NCBI GenBank assembly: GCA_002269645.1
Contig: NIVC01000583.1
Span: 62,001 to 126,000, forward strand
Direction: 5' to 3'
From: Macrostomum lignano
Lineage: Eukaryota
Length of the DNA: 64,000 nt
Shown: in pieces, positions 37,156-56,745 of the stretch
Numbering within the stretch: the stretch's first letter is position 1
How the letters are laid out: every line of letters starts with the position of its first letter
Notes under the pieces: generated by a model
What the model saw: only the letters and a program-made list of their open reading frames with translations
What the model was told of the DNA's origin: nothing
Databases searched by the model: none
Position numbers and translations under genes: made by a program

Positions 37156-38375
37156 CGCAGATTTTTTCCGACCTCTGGACCAACCCTCAGCATGCCGAGT
37201 TTGGTGCTGGACGCTCTGCCGAGTATCGGAGTGCAGCTGCTGTTGATGATGATAAAGGTGGCCTCCAACTCGCGGTGGTTTGCACTGACTGGTAGCTTGA
37301 TCTGGCCCGCCACCTCCAGCGGTTCGCTGGCGCCGAGTGCGAAGACTCTGGTGTTGGACGGTGTCAGCGGCGTGCCAGGGCGGCAGACTCTGCAGAACGT
37401 CGCCTTGTCCAGAACGTTGCAGCTTGCCCCGCTGTCAATAAGGGTGCGGATTTGCTGTCCGTTGATGTTGATGCTGAATTTGGCTCCGTCATCTTTGGCG
37501 CTGAGGGTGCAGAACACTTCGCTCACCGACTGGTCGGCTGGCTGATCTTGCTCTGGCTGCAGTGCGTTGATCTTTGAGCGGCCGCTGAGGCAAGCCTTGG
37601 CCAGATGATTCATTTTGCCGCAGCTGCTGCACCGCTTGCCTTGGGCTCTGCTGCAGCTTCGGTGGCCCAGCTCACCGCAACGGACGCACTTGGAGGTGGA
37701 CTGCGGGTCGCGTGGTGGCTTTTGTGGCGGATGGCGCTGGCGTCGAAGCTGTGCCACCTCCTCCGGGATTGCCGCTGTGTTGGACATGATGGCTGCCTGC
37801 TTCTCTGCGGCTTCGTGCGTTCTGGCCAGCTGTAGAGTGTCCACCAGGCTGATGTTCGGCACGTTCAGCAGTCTCTTTCTCAGCGACTCGCTGCGGCAGC
37901 TGGCCACGATTTGGTCCCTGATGAGTGACTGGCGGAGGCCCTCGAACTGGCAGGCCTCTGAGGCTCCCCACAGCCGGCTGTGCCAGGCGTCTATGGGCTC
38001 TCCTTCGTCCTGGTGGCACTGTCGGAATTGGTAGCGAATGAAAACTACGTTGTCTCGGTCTTTGAAGTGGTTGCTGAACTGCTGGATGAGCTGGTCGACC
38101 GTTGGCTGCTGAGCAGTGCCCTGGTCGGACTGGTTTGTCGGCTGCGTCTGTGCAGAAATTTCGTTGTACAGGTCGCTCACTTCTTTGCCAGCTGTGTACA
38201 GTAGAACTTGTCGCTTCTGGGCTTCGTCAGTAATGCCCGTTGCCGCCAGGTATCGCTGCAGGTTGGCGGACCAGTCCTGCCAGCGCTTGCTCACAGAGTG
38301 AGGGTCGTCTCTGAGACTGAATGTTCCTGGGGGCGGCAATTGTAGAAAGGCTATGGTCCGGCCTTGCGACGCCAA
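37107..38375 (-). CDS. Retrotransposon Gag-protease (no in-frame ATG at the 5' end)
   Basis: Gag (RWQDW..LQRYL, LIRDQIV), two Cys/His knuckles (CVRCGELGHRSC; CSSCGKMNHLAKAC) and aspartic protease LIDSGAS..ILGR. Confidence 0.9.
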   Translation of the reverse strand: MASQGRTIAFLQLPPPGTFSLRDDPHSVSKRWQDWSANLQRYLAATGITDEAQKRQVLLYTAGKEVSDLYNEISAQTQPTNQSDQGTAQQPTVDQLIQQFSNHFKDRDNVVFIRYQFRQCHQDEGEPIDAWHSRLWGASEACQFEGLRQSLIRDQIVASCRSESLRKRLLNVPNISLVDTLQLARTHEAAEKQAAIMSNTAAIPEEVAQLRRQRHPPQKPPRDPQSTSKCVRCGELGHRSCSRAQGKRCSSCGKMNHLAKACLSGRSKINALQPEQDQPADQSVSEVFCTLSAKDDGAKFSININGQQIRTLIDSGASCNVLDKATFCRVCRPGTPLTPSNTRVFALGASEPLEVAGQIKLPVSANHRELEATFIIINSSCTPILGRASSTKLGMLRVGPEVGKNLRWWPAWPSQRTARTVI

Positions 38376-39853
38376 TGTAATGACTCATAAGTCAGTCTCA
38401 ATTTTGCAGTGCGAAAACGCTTGGCCCTCCAAGTAGGGCGAGAGCGCCAATATATATTTTTGGGCCTTTAGGTCTCGACCAATCACGTGCGGCCGCGTAG
38501 GCATAACAGGCATAAAAAGGGGGAGGAAAGCCGGGGGTACAGTGTACACAACTAAGTACAGTGCGTGAGCACCCCACACTGCTAGGCACCCCGTTTAGCA
38601 AAAGCAAGCGAGTGCAGGGCTGCGGCATGACAACAAGTACACTCTTTGATACCAGCCTTCAAGACTGTGTTGTCCTCACAAGCAGACTCTTTCAGACCCG
38701 CCTTCAAGACTGTGTTGTCCTCACAAGCAGACTCTTTCAGACCCGACTTCAAGACTGTGTTGTCCTCACAAGCAGACTCTTTCAGACCTGCCTTCAAGAC
38801 TGTTGTCCTCACAAGCAGACTCTTTAAGACCTGCCTTCAAGACTGTGTCTTCATCACAAGCAGACTCTTTGAGCCCTTATTTAAGAACCGAGTCATCACT
38901 ATTCATCACAAGCGCAATCTTTAAGCTGCGCCTTCAAGGGCCGTAGCTACTGATAGCTAAGCAAATTCCGTCCGCAAATCGCGAGTTTGGGAATGCATGT
39001 AAAAGCGAGATACAGTGGTCTCTATGAGCATAAGACCAATAACGAGTGCAAGCCGCTTCTCACAGGGCCCGCAGTGGCAGAGCAGCGCGGTTGTCAAAGC
39101 AAACACAGAATCTGGCGCATTACTTTACCCACTTTAAGAAGTGGGTGTTGGTCGGAGATGGGTGGCTGCGTCTGCCCGCACAGTTGCCATGCTATGTAGA
39201 GGTGTATGTGTAGAGGTGGCGTGAGCGGCCTGTCTCGAGATGGAAATTGTGTGCTAAAAGAAGAAAGACAGCCAGAAAAGAAGTAAGTACAGTCGTAGTA
39301 CACTGTGGAGTCGACCATAATGTTCATAGTTGAGAGCATCTGAGTGGGCCAGATTAAACTCCCGCTCTGCACATAGCTTTCTATTTATGCCATGAAGCAA
39401 ATGTTCCATTGCATGCTATCCTTGCACTGAGCATCTTGCTTGTATAATACGAGCGTATGTTGATAGTTATATAACTCTTGTGGCTTCAAATAATCTTACT
39501 AATCCACGCGGCCTCTAATGGCCACTATCAGATTCAATGACCAGGATTACAGGGTAAGTAGATGTAGCTATTGTAATACATATAATTTACCGTCTTGATT
39601 GCCGACTTCATCATGTGCGATCGCGGTAACTTGATAGCGTCTTGCGTGCACTTTTGGGTAGTTATAGCTAGCTTGAAAATTCTGTGATAAAAGAAAAAAG
39701 TCCACTCCCTCACAAATATACTTTAGGCTTCGATTCCTCAGTAGTTTGGGGGCCAACCCTAAAATGTACAGAATGTGTACACTGACTGCAACAATGAGAA
39801 AGTCAGGGCCTGTGTGAGCGCATGCTCAGGAGTCAGCAGAACAGGCTCACTGA

Positions 39854-42800
39854 ATGCATTTGCCTCCTCACTCGCTCCCCAAAGCCAAAGCTAAAACCGC
39901 TCGTTTCTCTCAACAGCGGCTGCACCGCGAGCTGATCCGCGAGCAGCGCAAGTTCGTCGACCCCACATTTCCGCCGGAAGCGTCCAGTCTGGACGCCAAC
40001 AACCGCGGCTCAGACATCGAGTGGCGCCGTCCGACCGAGCTGGTCAGCAATCCACACCTGGTGGTTGACGGCGTCAGTGGCTCCGACGTGATGCAGGGCG
40101 AACGCGGCAACGCATGGTTCGTGACGGCCTCGGCCGCGCTGACCTCGAGGCCCGGGCAGCTCAACAGCGTGCTGCCCAACTGGACTCAGCAAGACTACGG
40201 CGATGATTTTCATCCGGGAATATTTCGCTTCTTGTTCAGCAGGCATGGCGGCCTCTACGAGGTTGTCATTGACGACCTGCTGCCGACGCGGAAAGGCCGT
40301 CTGGTCTACGCGCATTCCTGCGAGGAGAACGAGTTCTGGAGCGCTCTACTCGAAAAAGCCTACGCTAAGTCAGTTTTTGTTTAATGATCAGGCGTTGCTT
40401 TTTATTGTCTGGAAATTCTACGCCCTAAAAACCTCACTAGCCCCAGCGCCCTCTCAAGTAAAACTAGCCCCAGCCCCCTCACCCCACTAGCCCCAGAACC
40501 CCTCACCCCACTAGCCCCAGCCCCCCAAAACCACACTAGCCATAGCCCTCTCACCCCAATCGCCCCAGCCCTCTCAAGCCCCACTAGCCCCAGCCCCCTC
40601 AACCCCACTAGCCCCAGCCCCTCACAAACCACACTAGCCCCAGCCCCTCACAAACCCCACTAGCCCCAGCCCCTCTCAAACCACACTAGCCCCAGCCCCC
40701 TCTCAAACCCCACTAGCCCCAGCCCCTCTCAAACCCCACTAGCCCCAGCCCCTCACAAACCACACTAGCCCCAGCCCCTCACAAACCCCACTAGCCCCAG
40801 CCCCCTCTCAAACCCCACTAGCCCCAGCCCCTCACAAACCCCACTAGCCCCAGCCCCTCACAAACCACACTAGCCCCAGCCCCTCACAAACCCCACTAGC
40901 CCCAGACCCCTCACAAACCACACTAGCCCTAGCCCCTCACAAACCCCACTAGCCCCAGCCCCTCACAAACCACACTAGCCCCAGCCCTCTCAAGCCCCAC
41001 TAGCCCCAGCCCCCTCAACCCCACTAGCCCCAGCCCCCTCTCAACCCACACTAGCCCCAGCCCCCTCTCAAACCCCACTAGCCCCAGCCCCTCTCAAACC
41101 CCACTAGCCCCAGCCCCTCACGAACCCCAATAGCTCCAGCCCCTCACAAACCACACTAGCCCCAGCCCCCTCTCAAACCCCACTAGCCCCAGCCCCTCAC
41201 AAACCCCACTAGCCCCAGCCCCTCACAAACCACACTAGCCCCAGCCCCTCACAAACCCACTAGCCCCAGACCCCTCACAAACCACACTGGCCCTAGCCCC
41301 TCACAAACCACACTAGCCCCAGCCCCTCACAAACCACACTAGCCCCAGCCCCTCACAAACCCCACTAGCCCCAGACCCCTCACAAACCCCACTAGCCCCA
41401 GCCCCCTCTCAAACCCCACTAGCCCCAGACCCCTCACAAACCCCACTAGCCCCAGCCCCCTCTCAAACCCCACTAGCGCCATACCGCCCCTCTCTCCCAA
41501 ACCTTACCAGCCGCAGCCACCTCAAGCACCTCCGAGCATTATATTCTCAACACACCGCAATGCAACAGGATGCACGGAGACTATGCCAGTCTCAGTCGAG
41601 GCCGCGTCGTAGACGCCCTGGCCAGTTTCGTTCGGGGCATCCCTGAGCACTGGGATTTGCGGCAGATGCGACAGCCAGGCGCTGAGAATGGGATAAATCC
41701 AGACAGTCCCGATGATCAGGCGCAGCTGGCTAAGCAGTTTTACACTCATCTAAGCAGGCGCTCTCTGATATTGTTCAGCTTGCAGGTAGGACTGCGTAAA
41801 ATATTATTATTCTCCATTGGCGCTACTATCTACTAACAGTAACAAACAAGTAACAAGAACAAATAGCAGTAACAAATAGTCTGTGGCCAAGTTCCGAGTA
41901 CTCATAATAATAATCAGAATCATAATCAAAATCAAAATCATAATCATAATCATATTTCCGTAAGGACTGAGTCATTATCCTCAAACGCTCTGAAATTGAA
42001 TTTTTGACCCCCCCCCAAACAGCCTGACAACCGAACCACTCGCATGGGCGACTGGACCAAGGAGAGTCTCGTATACGGCCGAGGCTACATCCTCACAGAC
42101 ATCCAGCAGACCAAGCTGAAGGACGGCAAGACTCCCGTGACGCTAATGATGTTCCAGAATGCCTGGTTCGACATGGAGTGGACCGGAGCCTGGAGTGACG
42201 GGTATAAATAACTGTTCTCAACTTGTTCCACCTGACATATCCTGGTTGGCAACCAAACAAACTCTCATTTCAGCTCGCCAGAGTGGCGATCCGTTACTCT
42301 GGAGTTCAAGGACAAAATCGGACTGGTGGACAGTAAAGACGGTATTTTCTGGTGAGCTTGACTACGAAATGACTAAAAAAACTGCTCACAAAGGGTTGTG
42401 ATATTTAAGGTTTGTGATATTTCGGGTTTGTGATATTTCGGGTTTGTGAGATTTCGAGTTTGTGAGATTTCGTGTTTGTGATATTTCAGGTTTGTGAGAT
42501 TTCGGGCTTGTGAGATTTCGAGTTTGTGAGATTTCGGGTTTGTGAGATTTCGAGTTTGTGATATTTCGGGTTTGTGAGATTTCGGGTTTGTGATACTTCG
42601 GGTTTGTGAGATTTCGGGTTTTTGAGATTTCGGGTTTGTGATACTTCGGGTTTGTGAGATTTCGGGTTTGTGATATTTCAGGTTTGTGATATTTCGGGTT
42701 TGTGATATTTCGGGTTTGTGAGATTTCGGGTTTGTGAGATTTCGGGTTTGTGAGATTTCGGGTTTGTGATATTTCGGGTTTGTGATATTTCGAGTTTGTG

Positions 42801-45033
42801 AGATTTCGGGTTTGTGAGATTTCGGGTTTGTGAGATTTCGGGTTTGTGAGATTTCGGGTTTGTGAGATTTCGGGTTTGTGAGATTTCGGGTTTGTGAGAT
42901 TTCGGGTTTGTGAGATTTCGGGTTTGTGAGATTTCGGGTTTGTGAGATTTCGGGTCCACTGTTTCTGACCCAAAGCCAAAGGATTTTATTGTCGGAAAAT
43001 CAACCCTTAAGGTCAAATGATTATCTGAAGGTCAACGTAACATGACTACGATTGTATCGCGCCTGGAACTTTTCCCAGGATGAGCATCGGTGACGTCCTC
43101 AAGCAGTTCACGGATGTCGACATCTGCGTGGTCACCGGCGTTGGCAGCATCCGGTCTTGGCTAATTTACACCTTCCACAACGAGTGGACCGCCGAGCAGG
43201 TCGGCCGCGGTGGCAGGCGGCGCAGCGTGGACTACTCAGCTGGCGGCAGCTACGAGTACAAGGACACCTACGCCTCCAATCCGCAGTACCTGCTGACCAT
43301 ACCCGGAGAAAATCCCAACAACGTGTCCTTCTACCTGGAACAGGGCGACCCGTCAACCGCCTGCTTCGAGGACAGCCAGCTGGAGATCGGCATGGATCTG
43401 TTTCGCATTGAAGTCAATCGGAAAAGTCGCATCAAAGCTGCGCCCCGCGAGGCCTGGCTGGCGCTTCGAGTCAAGCCGGAGAGGCAGCCGGGCGTGCTGA
43501 TGAAGGCCAGATTCGAGCCTGGCAACTATTTGATGATGCCGTGCACTAAGGAGCCTGGGCAGCAGCAGAACTTCACGCTTAGAGCATTCAGCCAGGACGA
43601 CTATTCGATGACGTGAGGATAGACAGATGGATAATAAAAGTGGGATAGAGAGTGGGATAGGAAATGGGGATAGGGAGTGGGATTTGATTTAGATAGGGAG
43701 TGGGTTCGGGAGTAGAATAAGCAGTGGGATAAGGAGTGGGATAAGGAGTGGAATAAGGAGTGGATAAGGAGTGGAATAAGGAGTGGAATAAGGAGTGGGA
43801 TAAGGAGTGGGATAAGGAGTGGGATAAGGAGTGGGATAAGGAGTGGGATAAAGAGCGGGATAGAGAGTGGAATAAAGAGCGGGATAGAGAGTGGGATAAA
43901 GAGTGGGACAGAGAGTGGTTTAAAGAGCGGGATAGGAAATCTTACCTGATAAAGTTTTCTGCGATACATATCGGCGCCATGAAACCCGCAGACTACTGCC
44001 GGATTTGGTGCCCCAACCCACGGGCACTTGCTCCTGCTGCGAATGGAATTTATTTGGCGTTACTCGCCTCATCGTCACCAAGGTGAAAGGCGTCAATTCC
44101 TACTTGAGAACGCAAGGTAAGGTGGTCTCGGTGAATTCATTGTATAATTAGCCCTTTCTATGCTCCTTTCTGGATCATTGGGAATTCGGTCATTCATACT
44201 TCTCCTAAATTTATACTTTATGCGCATGATTAGCTACTTAATAAGTAGGGCTGAAGGAATATGATAAAATTCACTCCTACAGGCCTGCTCGCCAGTGTCC
44301 GGATTGACTGCGAAGCCTCAGACCTGGTGAACGCCCAGAGCGGATTTGTGTACGAAGACAAGAAAGAGAAGGACACGTTCTACGTGGACTTCAAAGTGCT
44401 GCTGTATCGACACCAGCTGCTTGACCCCATAGATATTGAGGTGAGGACTGCGGTATTTTGTACATATTGTAGAGTGATGGTAGTGCCACCTATTAGATAG
44501 ATTAGTGTCACCTGTTAGATAGGTTAGTGTCACCTGTTAGATAGGGTAGTGTCACCTGTTAGATAGGGTAGTGTCACCTGTTAGATAGGGTAGTGTCACC
44601 TGTTAGATAGGGTAGTGTCACCTGTTAGATACGGTAGTGTCACCTGTTAGATAGGGTAGTTTCACTTGTTAGATAGGGTAGTGTCACCTGTTAGATAGGA
44701 TAGTGTCACCTGTTAGATAGGGTAGTGTCACCTGTTAGATAGGGTAGTGTCACCTGTTAGATAGGGTAGTGTCACCTGGTTAGTCAGGTTTAGCCAATCT
44801 CAACAGAATGTGAGAATCAGAATGTCAGAATGTCAGAACCCAATCCGATCCCGCAGGTTTACAGCCAATCGGCAATTTCGTTCACCAAAAAATTCGTGGG
44901 CACAGCGGCCATCATAGACAAAGACTGCGTTGAAGACACCCCCAAGGAGGCGCTGCTGTCACGCAACGGTAAACAGGTGCCTGTGAAGCTCTACTGCACT
45001 GTGCAGTCGGCCAGAGATATCGATTTCTTCTGA
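39854..45033 (+). CDS. Atypical calpain of the CAPN5/6 (TRA-3) type (CysPc, C2-like, C2), predicted catalytically inactive, 660 aa
   Basis: In-phase exons 39854-40368, 41569-41785, 42023-42201, 42274-42351, 43079-43612, 43992-44116, 44283-44440 and 44857-45033. Motifs: FVDPTFP, WRRPTEL, VVIDDLLP, EFWSALLEKAYAK, EWTGAWSDG, DGIFWMS, SNPQY, PGNYLMMPCT. The start codon is tentative. Confidence 0.9.
40432..41478. repeat. ~26-bp C-rich minisatellite, calpain intron 1
   Basis: ccccactagccccagcccctcacaaa, about 40 copies. Confidence 0.95.
42395..42955. repeat. 16-bp minisatellite (gagatttcgggtttgt), calpain intron; same unit as in the foldback arm at 952-1493
   Basis: About 35 copies. Confidence 0.95.
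43635..43935. repeat. 12-bp minisatellite (gtgggataagga), calpain intron
   Basis: Direct tandem copies. Confidence 0.9.
44505..44780. repeat. 22-bp minisatellite (gttagatagggtagtgtcacct), calpain intron
   Basis: About 12 copies. Confidence 0.95.
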
Positions 45034-45220
45034 TTAAACGGACTGATGATGGACACCGCTGCGCTGTGGCTTTGATTTTATTTTTTTATTTGGAAAAACC
45101 TTAATAAGGAGCTTTATGAGCCCTAGAAACAAGAAAATACCAGGCAGCGCTGGTGCAATCTACTTTAGCAATTGGGAAGGCATCATACCTTTGTTACCTT
45201 AGTATTGTAAGGAACCTAGG

Positions 45221-45572
45221 GATAGACTGGTCAGATACCCCAAGATAGACTGGTCAGACACCCAAAGATAAACTGGTCAGACACCCAAAGATAAACTGGT
45301 CAGACACCCAAGAATAGACTGGTCAGACACCCAAGGGCTAGACTTGTCAGACACCCAAGGGATAGACTTGTCAGACTCCCAGGGATAGACTTGTCAGACA
45401 CCCAGGGATAGACTTGTCAGACACCCAGGGATAGACTTGTCAGACACTCAGGGACAGACTTGTCAGACACCCAGGGATAGACTGGTCAGACACTCAGGGA
45501 TAGACTTGTCAGACACCCAAGAATAGACTTGTCAGACACCCAGGGATAGACTTGTCACACACCCAGGGATAG
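45221..45572. repeat. 23-bp minisatellite (gggatagacttgtcagacaccca), 3' of calpain
   Basis: About 15 copies. Confidence 0.95.
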
Positions 45573-45861
45573 ATAGCCACAAATACAAGTTACCGCACGC
45601 ATTAAAAATCACTAAACTTAACCGTTGCGTTTTTTGGCTTTAATTACCCCAGATTACACATACGTGTACGCGCTTGTATGATAGAAATGGAAAATATACC
45701 GCAATTTTCTTTGTTTGAGTGCTTTCACACAAGGACCATTAAAAGAAATCTACCTTCTAGTGGTCCTTGAGTGCACAGTCCCTAAATGTACGCTACTCTT
45801 TATATTGATTTTAAAATGTGTTCACCAGTGAACCCTAAATTAGATTCTAGAAAAGCTATAG

Positions 45862-45862
45862 A

Positions 45863-45934
<72 letters not shown>

Positions 45935-45960
45935 GCAGACAGAGAGACAGACAGACAGAC

Positions 45961-46011
<51 letters not shown>

Positions 46012-46032
46012 GAGACAGACAGACAGACAGAC

Positions 46033-46121
<89 letters not shown>

Positions 46122-46124
46122 GGC

Positions 46125-46165
<41 letters not shown>

Positions 46166-46184
46166 CTAAGACAGACAGACACTA

Positions 46185-46248
<64 letters not shown>

Positions 46249-46250
46249 TG
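45862..46250. repeat. Inverted microsatellite: (TGTC)n directly followed by (GACA)n
   Basis: The strand switch lies at about 45934 (ctgtgcagac). Confidence 0.95.
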
Positions 46251-46492
46251 ACAGCAGATGGGCAGCCAGAAATTCATTATCTTCCCCAACCAATAGCAGG
46301 AGGCTCTGGTAAGGCCCTGTGGAACGAGTGATGAGGCCCGTCGCCCAGTGAAAACTTAAGCTACAGTTGAAGCAATGAAAGCTGGGCTGGCGTACTGCAG
46401 TCCATCATAAATCAGACTTGGCTCCTCCATGCCGTCCCCTCTGAGGTTGATCGAGGATTAAAGCGGGTTGGATCCCTGGCCCAGCATCTAGC

Positions 46493-55366
<8,874 letters not shown>

Positions 55367-56146
55367 TGAAAAATTGCGTTTTATAATCAATCTCGTCGGT
55401 AGCTTTGTCGCCTGCATGTAGTGCGTGACTGTTCGGGCTGCCCATTCCGCTGACTCCCAGAGCACATACAAGAACGCCAAGGCATACAAGAACACAGGGT
55501 GTACAGCAGCCCTTTTGTATAACTTTCTAATCGTCATGGATGTAATGTACAATAATTTTCGTGCACAAAAGCCTCAAATGAATGTGTGAGAGGCGATGGA
55601 TGCCTTTACCGAAGTTTGGGTAAGCAAACTTCTATTAGGGGGTAAGTATATGCATGGAAACTACACAGGACTTTCTTTGAAATGAGCTGCGGCCGGTAAG
55701 GGATGGATAGTTAATTGCCGTATTGCACATCGTCTCGTTTATGGCGAGACCTAGCTCATTCAGAGCAATGCATTCTCTCCAGCGATCATTTCTTAGAAAA
55801 TCGAGTGTAACGTTCTTTGTACTCTAGTTATCCATGGTCGCCGTTCTGTGCTGTCATTTGTCATTTCGATGCTTTATGATTGTCTCAGTCGAAAGAATGT
55901 TTCCTTATTTTTTATCAAAATGTTCCAAATCATTCCTAAATTAATATCTTCTGTCTAGTGATGGTTGCTCTGCAATTCTTGCTAGAGTATTTTAATTTGC
56001 TATGTACTAACAATGGAAATGTCATTCTGTCATTGTCTCTTCACGTGTTGTCCTAATTGCTATGATGGCAATGACGCTGTACGTGTTTGTGCATGTTTTA
56101 CATCAAAATACAGGCCTGTTTTTTCATAGCCTTTCAGTGTTACCAT

Positions 56147-56745
56147 ACAACAACAACAAAGTACTTCACCCGCCAGCCACGCAGTGGCCAGAAAGGGGGA
56201 AGAAGTCAGAGAGCGCGTCTCTGGGCCATAGCCCTCAGAAAGTCACACCCTCAGCTTAGTCCGAGGCGCCAGCATCGGTCAAAAGCCTGTCAGGATATCT
56301 CGCCGTTCGCCCTTGGCCTCGCCTGCGCGGTCCCTGCAGCTTGAGCAGCAGCACTTCGTGCAGCGGCTTAGGGCAGCGAGCCTCCGACCGAATGACGTGG
56401 CCAGCCAGTCAAAGTCGCCGCCCGCGCAGCAGGCCAGAAGGCCGCATCAGGCGTGCCCTCGTGTAGAGCACGGCGTTGGTCTCCGTTGGCGTTGGCCTTG
56501 AGCCCGTCATCCAAGGCCTCAGAATGTAGCACGGAGCGCACAGAACGAAACGCGGCCCAGGCCAGTCCTCGTCGTCTTACCAGGTCGTCGGCAACGTCCG
56601 GCACGAGGCCACCGATGTACAGGAACCGCTGGCAACGGGTAAGCATGATTGCCTCCCCGGCAGTGCCTCGGTAGTTGATCTCGGCAGGCAGGTCGGAGGG
56701 CACCGTGAAGACCACTGTCTTCCGGGCGTTCAGCATGAGGCCGAC
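56147..56745 (-). mobile_element. 5'-truncated, internally deleted non-LTR retrotransposon (LINE, RTE-like) 3' fragment
   Basis: LNARKT..FLYIGG..DLVRRRGLAWAAFRSVRSVL (end of RT), then in another frame PLHEVLLLKLQGPRRRGQGRT, and a (TTG)n tail near 56147-56160. Confidence 0.7.

Larger units (their letters stand above)
33968..38632 (-). mobile_element. Near-intact Ty3/gypsy LTR retrotransposon (Mag-like features)
   Basis: LTRs 33968-34224 and 38376-38632 (257 bp, TG..CA, about 4 differences). TSD ACAAG at 33963-33967 and 38633-38637. PBS-like TGGCGTCGC next to the 5' LTR and a short purine tract (GGGGAGAA) before the 3' LTR. Confidence 0.97.
33750..38880. repeat. 46-47-bp minisatellite split by the LTR retrotransposon (33750-33967 and 38633-38880)
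   Basis: The unit ccagccttcaagactgctgtcttcatcacaagtacactctttgata continues in register on both sides of the insertion. Confidence 0.9.
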
